In this document: positions 41,701-55,421 of the stretch, piece after piece
Position numbering within the stretch: the first letter of the stretch is position 1
Layout of the letters: each line of letters starts with the position of its first letter
Assembly (NCBI GenBank): GCA_964016885.1
Contig: OZ024763.1
Span: forward strand, 11,098,001 to 11,162,000
Length of the DNA stretch: 64,000 nt
Direction of reading: 5' to 3'
Source: Eledone cirrhosa
Taxonomy: Eukaryota
Translations under genes and position numbers: made by a program
The notes under the pieces: model-generated
Told to the model about the DNA's origin: nothing
The model's input: only the letters and a program-made list of their open reading frames with translations
Databases searched by the model: none

Positions 41701-42578
41701 ACATACTGACACAGACACACACAGACACATATATACACAGACAGACAGACACACACATATATATATACATATATAAACACACATATATACGATGTCTTAA
41801 ATTGTTCCAAAAGACTTAGATCGAAGAAGGCTATTGGAGTTCTCCCCCTTGTTTATTTCTGATCCCCCGAAAGGGAGTTTCTATCTGCAAGTTACGAGGA
41901 TAATCTCGGTTGACTGAATTTTTTTTTCCTCAGCACCACGAACACCATCATAACACCATTACCGCTACCACCCACCCCCAGCGTCCCAACATAACTGGAG
42001 TCAGCTGGCCTCGACCGTCCTCATAGTAAGGGCCTAGACGGCATAACTCTCCCCATTCGAAGGAAGAACATCCCTAATCTGTGACGCTACGTGGTGCGAC
42101 TCCTTCTCCATCATCAACCTTGTCACCTGACACCGCCGGAAACGCTGACACTGCCGCAAACCCTGACACTATCGTTAAACCTGAAACTCTCGCAAACCCT
42201 GGTACTGTCGTAAATCCTGGCAGTGCCGCAAACTCTGACACTGTCGCAAACTCTGGCACTGCCACCCGCAATGCAGAAGAGAAGAAGATAAACAAACACT
42301 GGGGCTTGACCGGTCGCCGTCGAAACCTCAGGTGTCCTCAGTCCTCGAAGTAATGTTTTCCTCCGTAAAACCGGAAAGATTGAACGTTGATGTGCAAGGA
42401 CGAAATAGCATAAGTGAACTGAGGGAAAAGCTCGGCATAAAACGATTTGGATGTAGTGTGCAAGAGAGAAGACTGCACGAGGAAGGAGTCATGTGAGGTG
42501 GGGTGGCTGTTGCAGTGGGTGATGCTGGCCATTCACCGCAGCAATGTTTTCCCCAAATTGTCGGCGGGACGTAGCTGA

Positions 42579-42798
42579 AACACGCAGCTCAGGCTGGAGC
42601 AACACGCAGCTCAGACTGGGGCAAAGACGCAGCTCAGACTGGAGCAACACGCAGCTCAGACTGGGGCAACACGCAGCTCAGACTGGAGCAACACGCAGCT
42701 CAGACTGGGGCAACACGCAGCTCAGACTGGGGCAACACGCAGCTCAGACTGGAGCAACACGCAGCTCAGACTGGGGCAACACGCAGCTCAGGCTGGGG
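42579..42798. repeat. 22-bp minisatellite, ~10 copies
   Basis: Unit aacacgcagctcagactgg(a/g)gc. Confidence 0.93.
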
Positions 42799-42892
42799 TG
42801 TAGTCTATCGCTCCTTTTTCTTCACTGTTTGATATCTTTTTTTCTTTTTCTTGTTTCGTTTTCGTTTCCTTATTGTACATTTCATATGAATA

Positions 42893-43088
42893 TAGACCTG
42901 CCAACCTCTAAAAACCCAACGGAGAGTATCATGAGAAAAACGTACCCCAAAACGGGGAGAAACGAGGCAAAATGGGGAGATTTTACACAATGAAAGCTAT
43001 ACCCATTTTCACAAGAGAAGGCATCTCTCACCCACCCCAAAGTGGGCGAGAGATCTCCCCGTCGGACGGGGGAGAGTTGACTGGTGTG
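42893..43088. mobile_element. Possible hAT-type MITE
   Basis: Imperfect TIRs agacctgccaac / gttgactggtgt with subterminal gggaga motifs. Confidence 0.45.
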
Positions 43089-43585
43089 TTAATAAAAGAT
43101 GATTTTTTAGAAAAGCTAGTTTGTTTTACATTAGCAGGAGAAGGGGTTTAAGCAATAAATAATTATTAAAGAGAGGCCCCGGCACCCCTTGTGGGTTGTC
43201 ACCAACTGACACTCATTACTTGATGTTGAATTAATAATTCCTTTCATTTTGTTTTTATATCTTTATATTTTTATGTGAAATATTTAAGTAATTAAGTAAT
43301 GTACATAATTTGTGTATATTTTCATTCTCTAACAATTATAAACAATTTGTAAAATAGGGAATGCTTTTGTGGCCTTGTCCGCGGGGCGCAGTCCCTCTAC
43401 CACCGACCCTAGGCCCAGAGCCCACTCACCCCCTACTCCCCTCACAATTCTGCTGTCACACTAGAGTCCTTGCCCTCCCCTTCCCGTTTTTTCTTTCTTT
43501 TTCTCATTTTTCTCTATATTTCCTATTTTACATTCCATTCTTCTCAATCGAAATTTTCTTTTTTTTTTTTATCTTGTTCTATTAA

Positions 43586-43793
43586 CCCTTTAGCATTTAA
43601 ACCTGACATATCTGGCCAGATTTCTCTCACCTCTCTCTGTTTAAACTGGCCATAACTGGCTGTTTATACTTATGTTAAGGTATTGTTCTCAAAATATATA
43701 ATATCAATATCTCATAGATTCAATATTATGTGAGATAAAGTATTTACCATGAAAATACAGTAGTATATATAGAGTAATGTAAATATTAAAGGG
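43586..43793. mobile_element. piggyBac-type MITE
   Basis: TTAA|ccctttagcattt ... aaatattaaaggg|TTAA. Confidence 0.75.
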
Positions 43794-44410
43794 TTAAACT
43801 GTATTTACAAGATATATTCCATAAATAAAATATTAAAATATTTGTAATGTTATTTACACAATTGTGAATAAACATTATAGAGCTGACGATTAATACGCCC
43901 TCAATATATGTCTGGTACTTTATTTAATACAATATATCATGTAAATATAGTTCAATAGAATAAGAAAAAAGGAAAATTAAGATTGAAAAGAATGGAATGT
44001 AAAATAGGAAAATATAAAGAAGAATAGGGAGGGGAGGGGGAGGATGACTGGGCTCTGGCCCTTGGAGTAAAGGGGCTGCAATAAATATTATATAGTTGTG
44101 AATATATCTTCCCTAATAAATGACTGGTACTTTATTCTATCGAAGCCTGAAGGATGAAAGTGAAAGCTGACCTCGGCAGACGAATATCAACATTTGTATT
44201 GTTCGGTACGCTCTGAATAGAGATCGTCTGCTTGTTCCAATCTAAGATGTGGTCACGTGTCTTTCTCTTCAGCCAATACATGTTAACCCTTTCCTCCCAG
44301 TCTGCACTACATTCTCTTTTTCTCTGTCTATCTTGACAAATATGTACATATACATACATACCTACATATGTATGTATGTATGTCTGTATGCTTGTATGTG
44401 TGTAGATAGG

Positions 44411-44469
<59 letters not shown>

Positions 44470-45203
44470 GTAAGTGTGTATGTATATATATATATGTGTA
44501 TGTATGTATGTATATGTATGTATGTATGTGTGCGTGTGTGCGTGTGTGTGCGTGTATGCATGTATATTTGTATGTATGCATGCATGCATGCATGTATGTT
44601 TGTATGTATGTATGTATGTATGTATGTAGGTGTCTATATATGTATCTATGTACATATGCACATACGTAGGTACATGCATGTATACATACACACACACACA
44701 CACACACACTCACACACTCACACACAAACGACAGTACGACAGACACCAGCAGACGACGACGAAAGAGAGAGATCGAGAGAGAGAGACAGAGAGAGAAAGA
44801 TAGTGGAAGAAAGAGAAAGAGGGGGGTAGAGAGAGAGTGTGTGTGTGAGAGGGGGAGAAATAGAGAGAGAAAAGAGAGAGTGAGAGGGATAGTGAGAGAG
44901 AGAGTGAGTGAGTGAGAGAGAGGGGGTAACGAGGGGGGTGTAGACAGAGAGAGAGTGTGTGTGAGAGAGGGGGAGAAATAGAGAGAGGAAAGAGAGAGGG
45001 ATAGAGAGAGAGTGAGAGAGAGATGTATGCAAAGAGAATCAGATAGAGGCACATACACCCCCTCCCATGCAATTATTAACTGACAAACTTGCGCATGCGC
45101 ATGCACCAAACACATACACACACATATACACACATATACACACATATATACATATACACATGTACATACGCATATATACATATATATACACAAACATATA
45201 CAT

Positions 45204-45259
<56 letters not shown>

Positions 45260-45339
45260 TCATATACATACACACACACACATTTATACACACATATACA
45301 TATACATATGCACATACGCATATATACATATATATATAC

Positions 45340-45370
<31 letters not shown>

Positions 45371-45518
45371 TACACATATATACACATACATATATACATA
45401 TATACATATACATATACGCATGTACATACGCATATATATATATACATATATACACACATATACATACACATACACACACACATATATACACACAGATATA
45501 CATATACACATGTACATA

Positions 45519-45571
<53 letters not shown>

Positions 45572-45639
45572 TTATATACATACACACATGCACACACACA
45601 CACATACACACAGATATACATATACACATGTACATACGC

Positions 45640-45705
<66 letters not shown>

Positions 45706-45795
45706 TTATATACATACACACATACACACATACACACACACACATATATACACACAGATATACATATACACATGTACATATGCATATATATATGT

Positions 45796-45831
<36 letters not shown>

Positions 45832-46234
45832 TCATATACATATATATCATGGCGGAATTTAGATTTCGAGATTTGCTATCACTTCCCACACAACGGTGGC
45901 ACGAAAGAAGAACCTTTTGCAGCAATGGCCGGGCATGCTCATACAACAGACGTGAAAGACATTTAAATCAAGGGATGCCTGTGCCTGAAGCTTTTTTAAG
46001 TGTGGAATGGCCTTGCACTGGACCAATCCCACCCTACGAACAACGGTGATTGGTAACTAAAATGTAGAGCAGGCTTACCATCGAGTGGAAGGTTTTACAT
46101 CAGAAATTCCCTTCTAGAATAATGTTCGAACAAAAATTAGGGCCATCTCACTCTCGGTGACCTAACGGCATGCTCAGGCACCAAACCGAGTATTTCCATG
46201 ACCCCGCGCATCGCATATATACACACATATATAC

Positions 46235-47605
46235 ACACATGTATCCACACATATGTACACATGTATCCACGTATATATACACATGTATCCACGTATATAT
46301 ACACATGTATCCACGTATATATACACATGTATCCACGTATATACACACATGTATCCACACATATATACACATGTATCGACGTATATATACACATGTATCC
46401 ACGTATATATACACATGTATCGACGTATATATACACATGTATCCACGTATATATACACATGTATCCACGTATATACACACATGTATCCACACATATATAC
46501 ACATGTATCGACGTATATATACACATGTATCCACGTATATATACACATGTATCGACGTATATATACACATGTATCCACGTATATATACACATGTATCCAC
46601 GTATATATACACATGTATCCACGTATATATACACATGTATCCACGTATATACACATGTATCCACGTATATATACACATGTATCCACGTATATACACACAT
46701 GTATCCACGTATATACACACATGTATCCACGTATATATACACATCTATCCACGTATATATACACATGTATCGACGTATATATACACATGTATCGACTTAT
46801 ATATACACATGTATCCACGTATATATACACGTTTCCACGTATATACACACATGTATCGACGTATATACACACATGTATCCACGTATATATACACATGTAT
46901 CCACGTATATATACACACGTATCGACATATATACACACATGTATCGACGTATATATACACATCTATCCACGTATATATACACATGTATCCACGTATATAC
47001 ACACATGTATCCACGTATATATACACATGTATCGACGTATATACACACATGTATCCACGTATATACACACATGTATCCACGTATATACACACATGTATCC
47101 ACGTATATATACACATGTAGCCACGTATATACACACATCCACGTATATACACACATGCATCCACGTATATATACACATGTATCCACGTATATACACACAT
47201 GTATCCACGTATATATACACATGTATCCACGTATATATACACATGTATCCACGTATATACACACATGTATCCACATATATACACATGTATCCACGTATAT
47301 ACACACATGTATCGACGTATATATACACATGTATCCACGTATATACACACATGTATCCACGTATATATACACATGTATCCACGAATATATACACATGTAT
47401 CCACGTATATATACACATGTATCGACATATATATACACATGTATCGACATATATATACACATGTATCCACGTATATATACACATGTATCCACGTATATAT
47501 ATACATGTATCCACGTATATACACACATGTATCGACGTATATACACACATGTATCGACGTATATACACACATGTATCCACGTATATACACACATGTATCC
47601 ATGTA
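46235..47605. repeat. 22-bp minisatellite, ~60 copies
   Basis: Unit acacatgtatc(c/g)acgtatata(t/c). Confidence 0.95.
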
Positions 47606-47713
47606 TATATATAGACACATATGCTAACATGTAGTCACATATATGATGACGGTTGTCTGCTCAATACAAAGCTTGATACATATACACAGACACATATTCT
47701 ACATATATCTACG

Positions 47714-47747
<34 letters not shown>

Positions 47748-47841
47748 TATACATACACATGTACATACGCATATATATACATACACATACACACACACAT
47801 ATATATATATACACCTACTTATGCACACATATACACACACT

Positions 47842-47872
<31 letters not shown>

Positions 47873-47934
47873 GTGTATATATATATATATATAACTTTGA
47901 ATAACTTTGAAATGTTTTGGCCAGTATTGGCCCA

Positions 47935-48470
47935 GGCCATGTCTAACTTAATAGCACCACCTGGCGAAGTCTTTCAATTCAGGATTTGGGCACCATGGCC
48001 CATTCGAGAAGGGAATTCCTGTTTGCGGAGACATATCCGGGTGTGGGTGGTAGGTCCGGGATTACTTGGAGGAATTTGTCCAAAGACTTCTTGAATTTTG
48101 TGTGGTCAGTTTCTGTTTTGATGTGTCCTGGTGTGATGTTGAAGAGAGCAGGGCCAATTGCGGTGAAATAATTGTGCCGTATTGTTGTTATCAGTTGCGA
48201 TTTAGATTTTTGTTTGGGACGGATAGCACGGGGCCCAAGCCTTGGGTGTATTTTGAAGGTGATGCCAACATCATTTGGGCAGTGCTGATGAAATATTTTC
48301 CACATATTGACACATATTGACACATAGTGCTGGGCCCATGGTACCATGTGACGACAAGTGCAGAGAGATCTCCAGATATAAAGCAATGCCTGTGCCGTGA
48401 AGCTTTTATAGTGAGCAAAGGCACTGCACAAAGCCAGTTCCACTCTCTTAACCAAGATGATATTTACCAA
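47935..48470 (-). mobile_element. Non-LTR retrotransposon 3' fragment (CR1/L2-group-like)
   Basis: [40 protein letters not shown] resembles CR1-group ORF2 C-termini. Confidence 0.65.
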
Positions 48471-49093
48471 AAAGAACATACATACATACATAGATACATT
48501 CATACATACAATACCAGAAAACGAAGGTTTTGTTGTTATAATATTCTTTTACAGCCTCGGCCAAAATTTCTGCCGATGACAGATTTTGCTGACCTTCCAA
48601 TAATTACTTAGCTTTCGATTACTTTCATACACTGTTTATTTGATTGATGGCCTGTCAATCAATCGGACGCTGTTCTGTTGGTTGAGACAGAACAGTGCGG
48701 AAATAGCTTAGAATCTTCCCTCTCCGCCATTGCTGTCGTCTGCTTTCAGCCAGTTTATCTATTGTTGAACGTAATGCATGCATATATAGATGCATACATA
48801 CATACATACATGAATACATACATACATACATGAATACATACATATATATATACATACATATATTGATACATACATACACACTAGCATATATACATACATA
48901 CAAACACATATGGATGCAAAGAAACATGCATACATACACACATACACATATATACTTATGTACTTATATATATGTATATATATATATGTGTGTGTCTATA
49001 TATATATTATACAGAGAGAGAGAGAGAGAGGGGGAGAGAGGGGGAGAGAGAGGGAGGGGGAGAGAGAGGGAGGGAGAGAGAGAGGGAGAGAGA

Positions 49094-49124
<31 letters not shown>

Positions 49125-49703
49125 TCTGCTGTGCTGAGACTGTGGAGACCACACATCAAGGGAGCTCACTATGCATCAGGTGAAGTAGAGTGGGTATAGA
49201 GGAAGGTCAAAACCCGACCATGACAGGAAGTAGTTTCGGCTTGTACCCAGCAACCCCTCCCTAGGTTGTACTAGGGTATGACGAAATCAGTTCTCTCTCG
49301 AATAGATTTTGAAATATGTATAAACAGTATATCGTATTATATACCATTTTTTCACAGTATTTTATTTCATATAATGCATAAGATGATTTCCCTGATTATT
49401 ATCTTGCGTCTCCCGTAATTTAACCAAAATCGATGATCGATTACATAGTTCGATTTTAGGTTACGATTTACAAGGTATGAAATAGCGCTATAGGGAATTT
49501 TATTGTTTCCATCTTGAGTACATATTTTTCTTTGAAATATGGCCTTTGAATATATACAATGTATTGTGTATTTCTCTTGCATATATGGTCCTTTATCTAT
49601 ACCTATAACTTTTACTTTTGAATTACACACACACACACATATATATATATATACACATATCAATGATATTAATAAATGGAAACTATATTTATAAAACTAT
49701 ATT

Positions 49704-49764
49704 TATTCTATTATATATATTTCAAGGGTCCCAAAACTTTGGTACGCCCTCACCAGATAAAATA
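49704..49764 (-). ncRNA. Family A hammerhead with mutated core (CTGGTGA)
   Basis: Copy of 26389-26449 with a core A>G change. Confidence 0.7.
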
Positions 49765-49898
49765 CAAAGTTTGTTTTATAAATATTGACATATCCAGGAA
49801 GGAGATCTTAACAGTTCAAGATTTTCCTGGATAGTCCAGGAAAAACTTGAACCGTTAAGATCTCCTTCCTGGATATGTCAATATTTATAAAACAAACT

Positions 49899-51365
49899 CG
49901 TTACGTAGACGATATCAATATAGTTATAAGAACATCCCCACTAGAGAGCACTAACAAGTTTGATTTATAACGTAACACAATGGAAAGCATCCAGCAGATA
50001 GCTAATTCCATACACCAGAGTATAACTGTAACTATCGACTACCCTTCCAAACACCCTAACAATAGACTACCTGTATTAGACACGGAACTCTGGATTAACA
50101 CTATAGACGAGAGAGCCCAAATTCTCCACTCACACTATGCTAAACCCATGGCCTCCAAATACCTGATACTCAAAAACTCAGCAATGTCCAGTAGTGCTGA
50201 GTTTAATATTCTGATCGCAGACTTGGTACGAGTGATGAAGAACGTGTCCCGCAGGTGCGACCCAACAGAAATGGAAAGACACATCCAACACTTCATCAAC
50301 CGCATGCAGTTCTCTGGCTACAACCAAAGAGACAGAATCAGAGTATACGAAGGAGCCACGGAGAAGTATAAGACCCTCATAGAACTGGACATGAAAGGAA
50401 TTTGCCCATTATACAGGAGCAAATCATGGAATAGCTTAGATAGGGCTAGACATACGATAGGGAAAGCCACATCATGGTACGACAAGCAGAGATACCCGAG
50501 TGTCATGTTTGTGTACGCTACCCCTGGAGGGAAATTAGCTAACCAGTGTAGAAAGGCCCTGAGAAAGACCCACTTAAAGATTAAGGTGGGAGAAAAGCCA
50601 GGAACCACCATGAAATCCCTGATCAACAAAACCTACCCTTTTAAGAAAACCCACTGTACTAATAGGAAATGTATCATATGTAAGGTAAACACCCGGATAA
50701 ACTGTAAAACTAGAAACGTAGTCTATAGCATAAGATGTACAGAGGGTACTTGCAGAAACATGACAACAACATACATAGGCGAGACAGCTCGTAGCATAGG
50801 TGAAAGGATAGACCAACACTGGGGGAACTAAAAGGACTAAAAAATGGTTCAGTACTATACGAACATGCCAGACAACAACACGACCGTAACATAGACAACA
50901 TAGAAATTAGAATAATATCTAAACATAGAAATGACCCAGCAGATAGGCAAATCAGAGAGGCCAGTGAAATAAAACTTAGAAGGCCAAAGCTAAACAGAAA
51001 AAATGAATGGAATAACAACACCCAAACAAAGAACACTGACCTAAGAGAAGTATAAATAAATAAATAAATAGACAAATAAATAAATAAATACATACACAAG
51101 CACAATAACAACAAACACATAAACACGCACTAGTAAAGATAGAATACATTAACCAATACACAGTCACCCAATCACGAACACACATCAAACAAAACGCTAT
51201 ACACACACGCAAACGCATGCGCAAAGAAGACAAAATAAAATAAACAAATAAATAAATATATAAACAGACTAAATAAAGATGGCGTAGAAAATACAATGCA
51301 ACGGGAGGAAACAATAGCACCACTGACGATGTTGCAGATGTGCAACGAAAGAACTTTGATAAACT
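49899..51365 (+). mobile_element. Penelope-like element, 5'-truncated (RT C-terminal part and GIY-YIG endonuclease)
   Basis: RYVDDI at 49899, LPVLD, HYAKPMAS, CxxxxCxxC linker, VVYSIRC..YIGETARSIGERIDQH; HHR-like ca-CTGACGA-tgttgca-gatg-tgcaac-GAAA-gaac-TT-tg at 51321-51358. Confidence 0.9.
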
Positions 51366-51591
51366 ATATATATATATGTGTTTGTGTCTATATTGTATTT
51401 GTATTTTTGACCGTTTGTCAGTCAATGGCAACATTGAGGACCGAATAAATTAGATTACCGATATAAAAGACACAGAAGCGAAAAGCGAAAACCAACCAAA
51501 CAGTGAGTGTGTTCTGTTATTAATTCTGGCAATATTACACAAATATGACCCTCCCCATATATACATATACATATATTATATATACATATAC

Positions 51592-51622
<31 letters not shown>

Positions 51623-51714
51623 GGTGTGTATTTATGTCTCTCTATATATATAGAGGAGAGGAGGGAGATGTGTGTATGTGTGTATGTATATGTGTGTGTG
51701 TGTATGTATATGTG

Positions 51715-51755
<41 letters not shown>

Positions 51756-52352
51756 CAGTGCAGTGATTGTTATTATAAACGTCACTAACACGTGACCAAA
51801 ATGTCGAGGTGACGGAGTTAAACGTTCCACCTTATCTCGCCTCCATTTTAGATAAAAGCATTTTTAACTTTATCTTCACATTTCTCTTTTTACTTCACTC
51901 ATTCGTCTCTCTCTTCCTCTCTACCCCTCCCCCTCTATCTCTCTCTGCCCCCCCCCCCCTTTCTCTCCCTCTCTATTTCTCTCTTCTGTATATATACATA
52001 TTCGAAAATGTATTAAGTGTGTGTGTATATATATATATATATGCTCATGTTTACATATATCTATGTAGAGAAGAAAATACATACATACATGCATATATAT
52101 ATATATATAACAAAGGAATTGTGGTAAGGAACCAGATGGACCATAACGCACCAGAATACTCAATACTTAGGGTAGTGGAGTGGTAAATAGGAAAAAGTAT
52201 GATCCCGACGGCAGAGCTCAAGCCGTTTCGACGGCTATTTCTGGACACAGAAATAGCCGACTCAGAAATAGCCGTCGAAACGGCTTGAGCTCTGCCGTCG
52301 GGGGTCATACTTTTTCCTAATTATTTATATATATATATATATATATATCTGC

Positions 52353-52389
<37 letters not shown>

Positions 52390-52653
52390 CAGGGGGAGAA
52401 GGGGGAGAGAGAGATGAGGAGAGGAAAGGAGATGAGGGAAGGAGAGGACGAGAGGGGAGAGAAGAGGTGAGGGAAGGAGAGAGAGTGAGAGGAGGTGGGG
52501 GAAGGAGAGCGGGGGTAGGAGGGTTAGGGAAGGAGAGGGTGTGAGGGGTGAAAGAGATAAGAACCAAGGAGAACACATCTAGACAGATTTTGAGATAAAT
52601 TTAGAAAACCTTTATCTAAAATGGAAGCTAGATAAAGATATAGTTGATAGCAG

Positions 52654-52709
<56 letters not shown>

Positions 52710-52830
52710 TATACATACACTCACGCATATATATATGTGTGTGTGTGTATGTATTATACATACACACACACACGCATATATATATATATATGTGTGCGTG
52801 TGTGTGTATTATACATACACGCACACACGC

Positions 52831-52866
<36 letters not shown>

Positions 52867-52889
52867 ATTATGCATACACGCACACACGC

Positions 52890-52954
<65 letters not shown>

Positions 52955-53539
52955 AGTGTTTGTGTGTATCTGTGTTTGTGTTTGTATGTGTATATGTATG
53001 TGTGTGTATGTATGTGTGTATGTATGTGTGTGTATTTGTGTGTATGTGTATTTGTGTGTATGTGTATTTGTATGTGTAATGAAAACCTGAATGAGATTGT
53101 TGCCATGGTCTCAAATAGTCACATAGCAACACTCCCTCACCTTTAATCTCAGTCAGCCTAACTTAGTTACCAATTCCTTTGTTTGACCTCACATATTGCG
53201 ATTTGAATTACTGTCTTTGTTCTAAAGGAAACGCCATCTGTTGGATGTTTCTGGGTGACCTAACCCTTATAAATACAAGACATTTTAACCCCAGAAAGAA
53301 AAGTTTGTCTTTTCACTCTGCCACAGACATTCGCTCGCCTCTGTCCAGGACGTTCCGACCTAAGTGGTTGGCTGTTCTGCTCATGCATATCCTCTTCATC
53401 TAAGGTTAGTACAATTCACCCCACTTTCAGATTCTACATTCCCACACGTAAATACAACGAACTTAAACACATCACAAACATACACGGTACCATATTGAAA
53501 CATATTTCCCTTTGTTCATTATTACTGCATCTCTCACTC

Positions 53540-54030
53540 ACGTGTCGAGTTTGCTCCATCCAATGAGCAGCATTCCTTCTGTCTTTCTTGATCTAGAATT
53601 ATCACTCCAAGGTCCCTTAAATTTCCTCCAGTGTCAACACATATCATAGCACATATCATAACACATATCATAACACATATCATATCCAGATATGTTGTTA
53701 TAGTACGACCTCTACTTCTATAACCATCAGCAGGATGACCTCTACAACCTTCTATCACCATGCACAGGCTTCCATAAAGGAACACGGTTGACACACTCGT
53801 TTTTTGCCCTGTTATGATGGCCCGCAAAACATATCCTTCTCAGACAGACAATATCTGACACAGGGGGAATATCCAGATAGAATTCTCCCTTTGTGACTCT
53901 CTGTCGCCAAGATATATTGAAAGTGTATCTCAGGGGTCTCGTGTAACATCTTTTTTTTTTCGAGGGTTTTATTAAGCGTCCATGCTTCCGACCCGTTGAG
54001 TAACACACTGCATATGATTTGAGAATAAAT
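53540..54030 (-). mobile_element. Decayed RTE/RTEX-like LINE 3' fragment
   Basis: SVLLNGSEAWTL, NISWRQRVT, RRICFAGH motifs across frameshifts. Confidence 0.75.
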
Positions 54031-54339
54031 AATACAACCGATAAAAACACAAGAATTAGCCGCATTGATCATTTGTAAATATCAAGGTGATTGGTTAAAA
54101 TTGTCTTCCCCCGGCAATATCACAACAAGAAGCGACTACAGATACTGGTTATCTCAACAATGACAAGACTTCTCAGCAACAGTTCTCTCGACTCACTGGG
54201 CCACACTCGTTTGCCACGGACAAATATACCCGCTATCAGAACACCAATCCTAATACCTAATTTTTGCTGGACCGGCAATCGCTCTGTATAATCAACTCCT
54301 GATTATTACTGGAATTCTATAAGAATCCAACTTCTATAA

Positions 54340-54429
54340 TTTTCGGCGGAAGAGGGCAGTATGTAACTCTGATGATTGCCAAACAGCGTGAAACAGACTG
54401 TTAACTTCTCTGCCGTCTTTCGCCGAAAA
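54340..54429 (+). ncRNA. Hammerhead-like motif inside a long enclosing hairpin
   Basis: CTGATGA..GAAA-cagactg-TT, enclosed by ttttcggcggaaga/tctttcgccgaaaa; proximal helix I poorly paired; homologous degenerate copy at 55203-55302. Confidence 0.55.
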
Positions 54430-54583
54430 GAAGTAAGTGACATAGTCTCTACTTTAAAATGATAGCGTAAGGTCTTCAAAATGTTTTTAATTAAACATAC
54501 GGTATATTGCAAAATATATTATGCATACATTCATGTATACATCGCTATTTTAGAGCACCAATCCTAATACTATATATTCATAT

Positions 54584-54637
<54 letters not shown>

Positions 54638-54904
54638 TTATGTAATAAACAACATAAGATAATTATTTCATTTACCAAAGTTTTCACGAAGACAGACGAG
54701 CCTGACACATACATCTAAATTCGCTCGTCTGTCTTCGTGAAACCTTTGGTAAATGAAATAATTATCTTATGTTGTTTATTACATAACTAAAAAGCTCTGT
54801 AGTCTACATAGAGCACTCTCTTTTCCTTTACCTTTCCTACGGAAACACTTTATATATATATCAAGTAAGAATATTTTTGAAACAGCGAGTGGGTTTGAAA
54901 TTAC

Positions 54905-55129
54905 TAGAAATGTAAGCTATCACCGTATTTTGACTAAATAAATTAAATAAATTATTTAGCCTGATAGAGGGGTTAAGAACCCTCGGAAAAATGGAAAAAG
55001 ATGAGTATTGACGTACATGTACGTCAATACTCATCTTTTTCCATTTCTCCGAGGGTTCTTAACCCCTCTATCAGGCTAAATAATTTATTTAATTTATTTA
55101 GTCAAAATACGGCGATAGCTTACATTTCT

Positions 55130-55130
<1 letters not shown>
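54905..55130. repeat. 226-bp near-perfect palindrome without spacer
   Basis: Centre ...gacgtaca|tgtacgtc...; only 2 arm mismatches seen. Confidence 0.95.
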
Positions 55131-55175
<45 letters not shown>

Positions 55176-55421
55176 TAGAATTCTATAAGAATATAACATC
55201 CGTAATCTCAGCGGACAGGAGGGAGTAGTTGGCTTTGATAAGCATCAATAAATGCAGAAACAAGGCCTTGTCGGCTTTATCTCCCCCTGTTTGCTGAGAT
55301 TAAAGTAAGTGAGTCTGTCACTACTCTAAAACAATAGCATACGGTCTTCAAAATGCTTTTAATTAAGCATAAAGTGTATTGCAAAATACACTATATATAC
55401 ATTCATATATATATATATATA

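Noticed and set aside
42074-42353. ORFs with a 6-aa repeat (ANPDT)
   Set aside because: Short 18-bp degenerate repeat with no recognisable homology.
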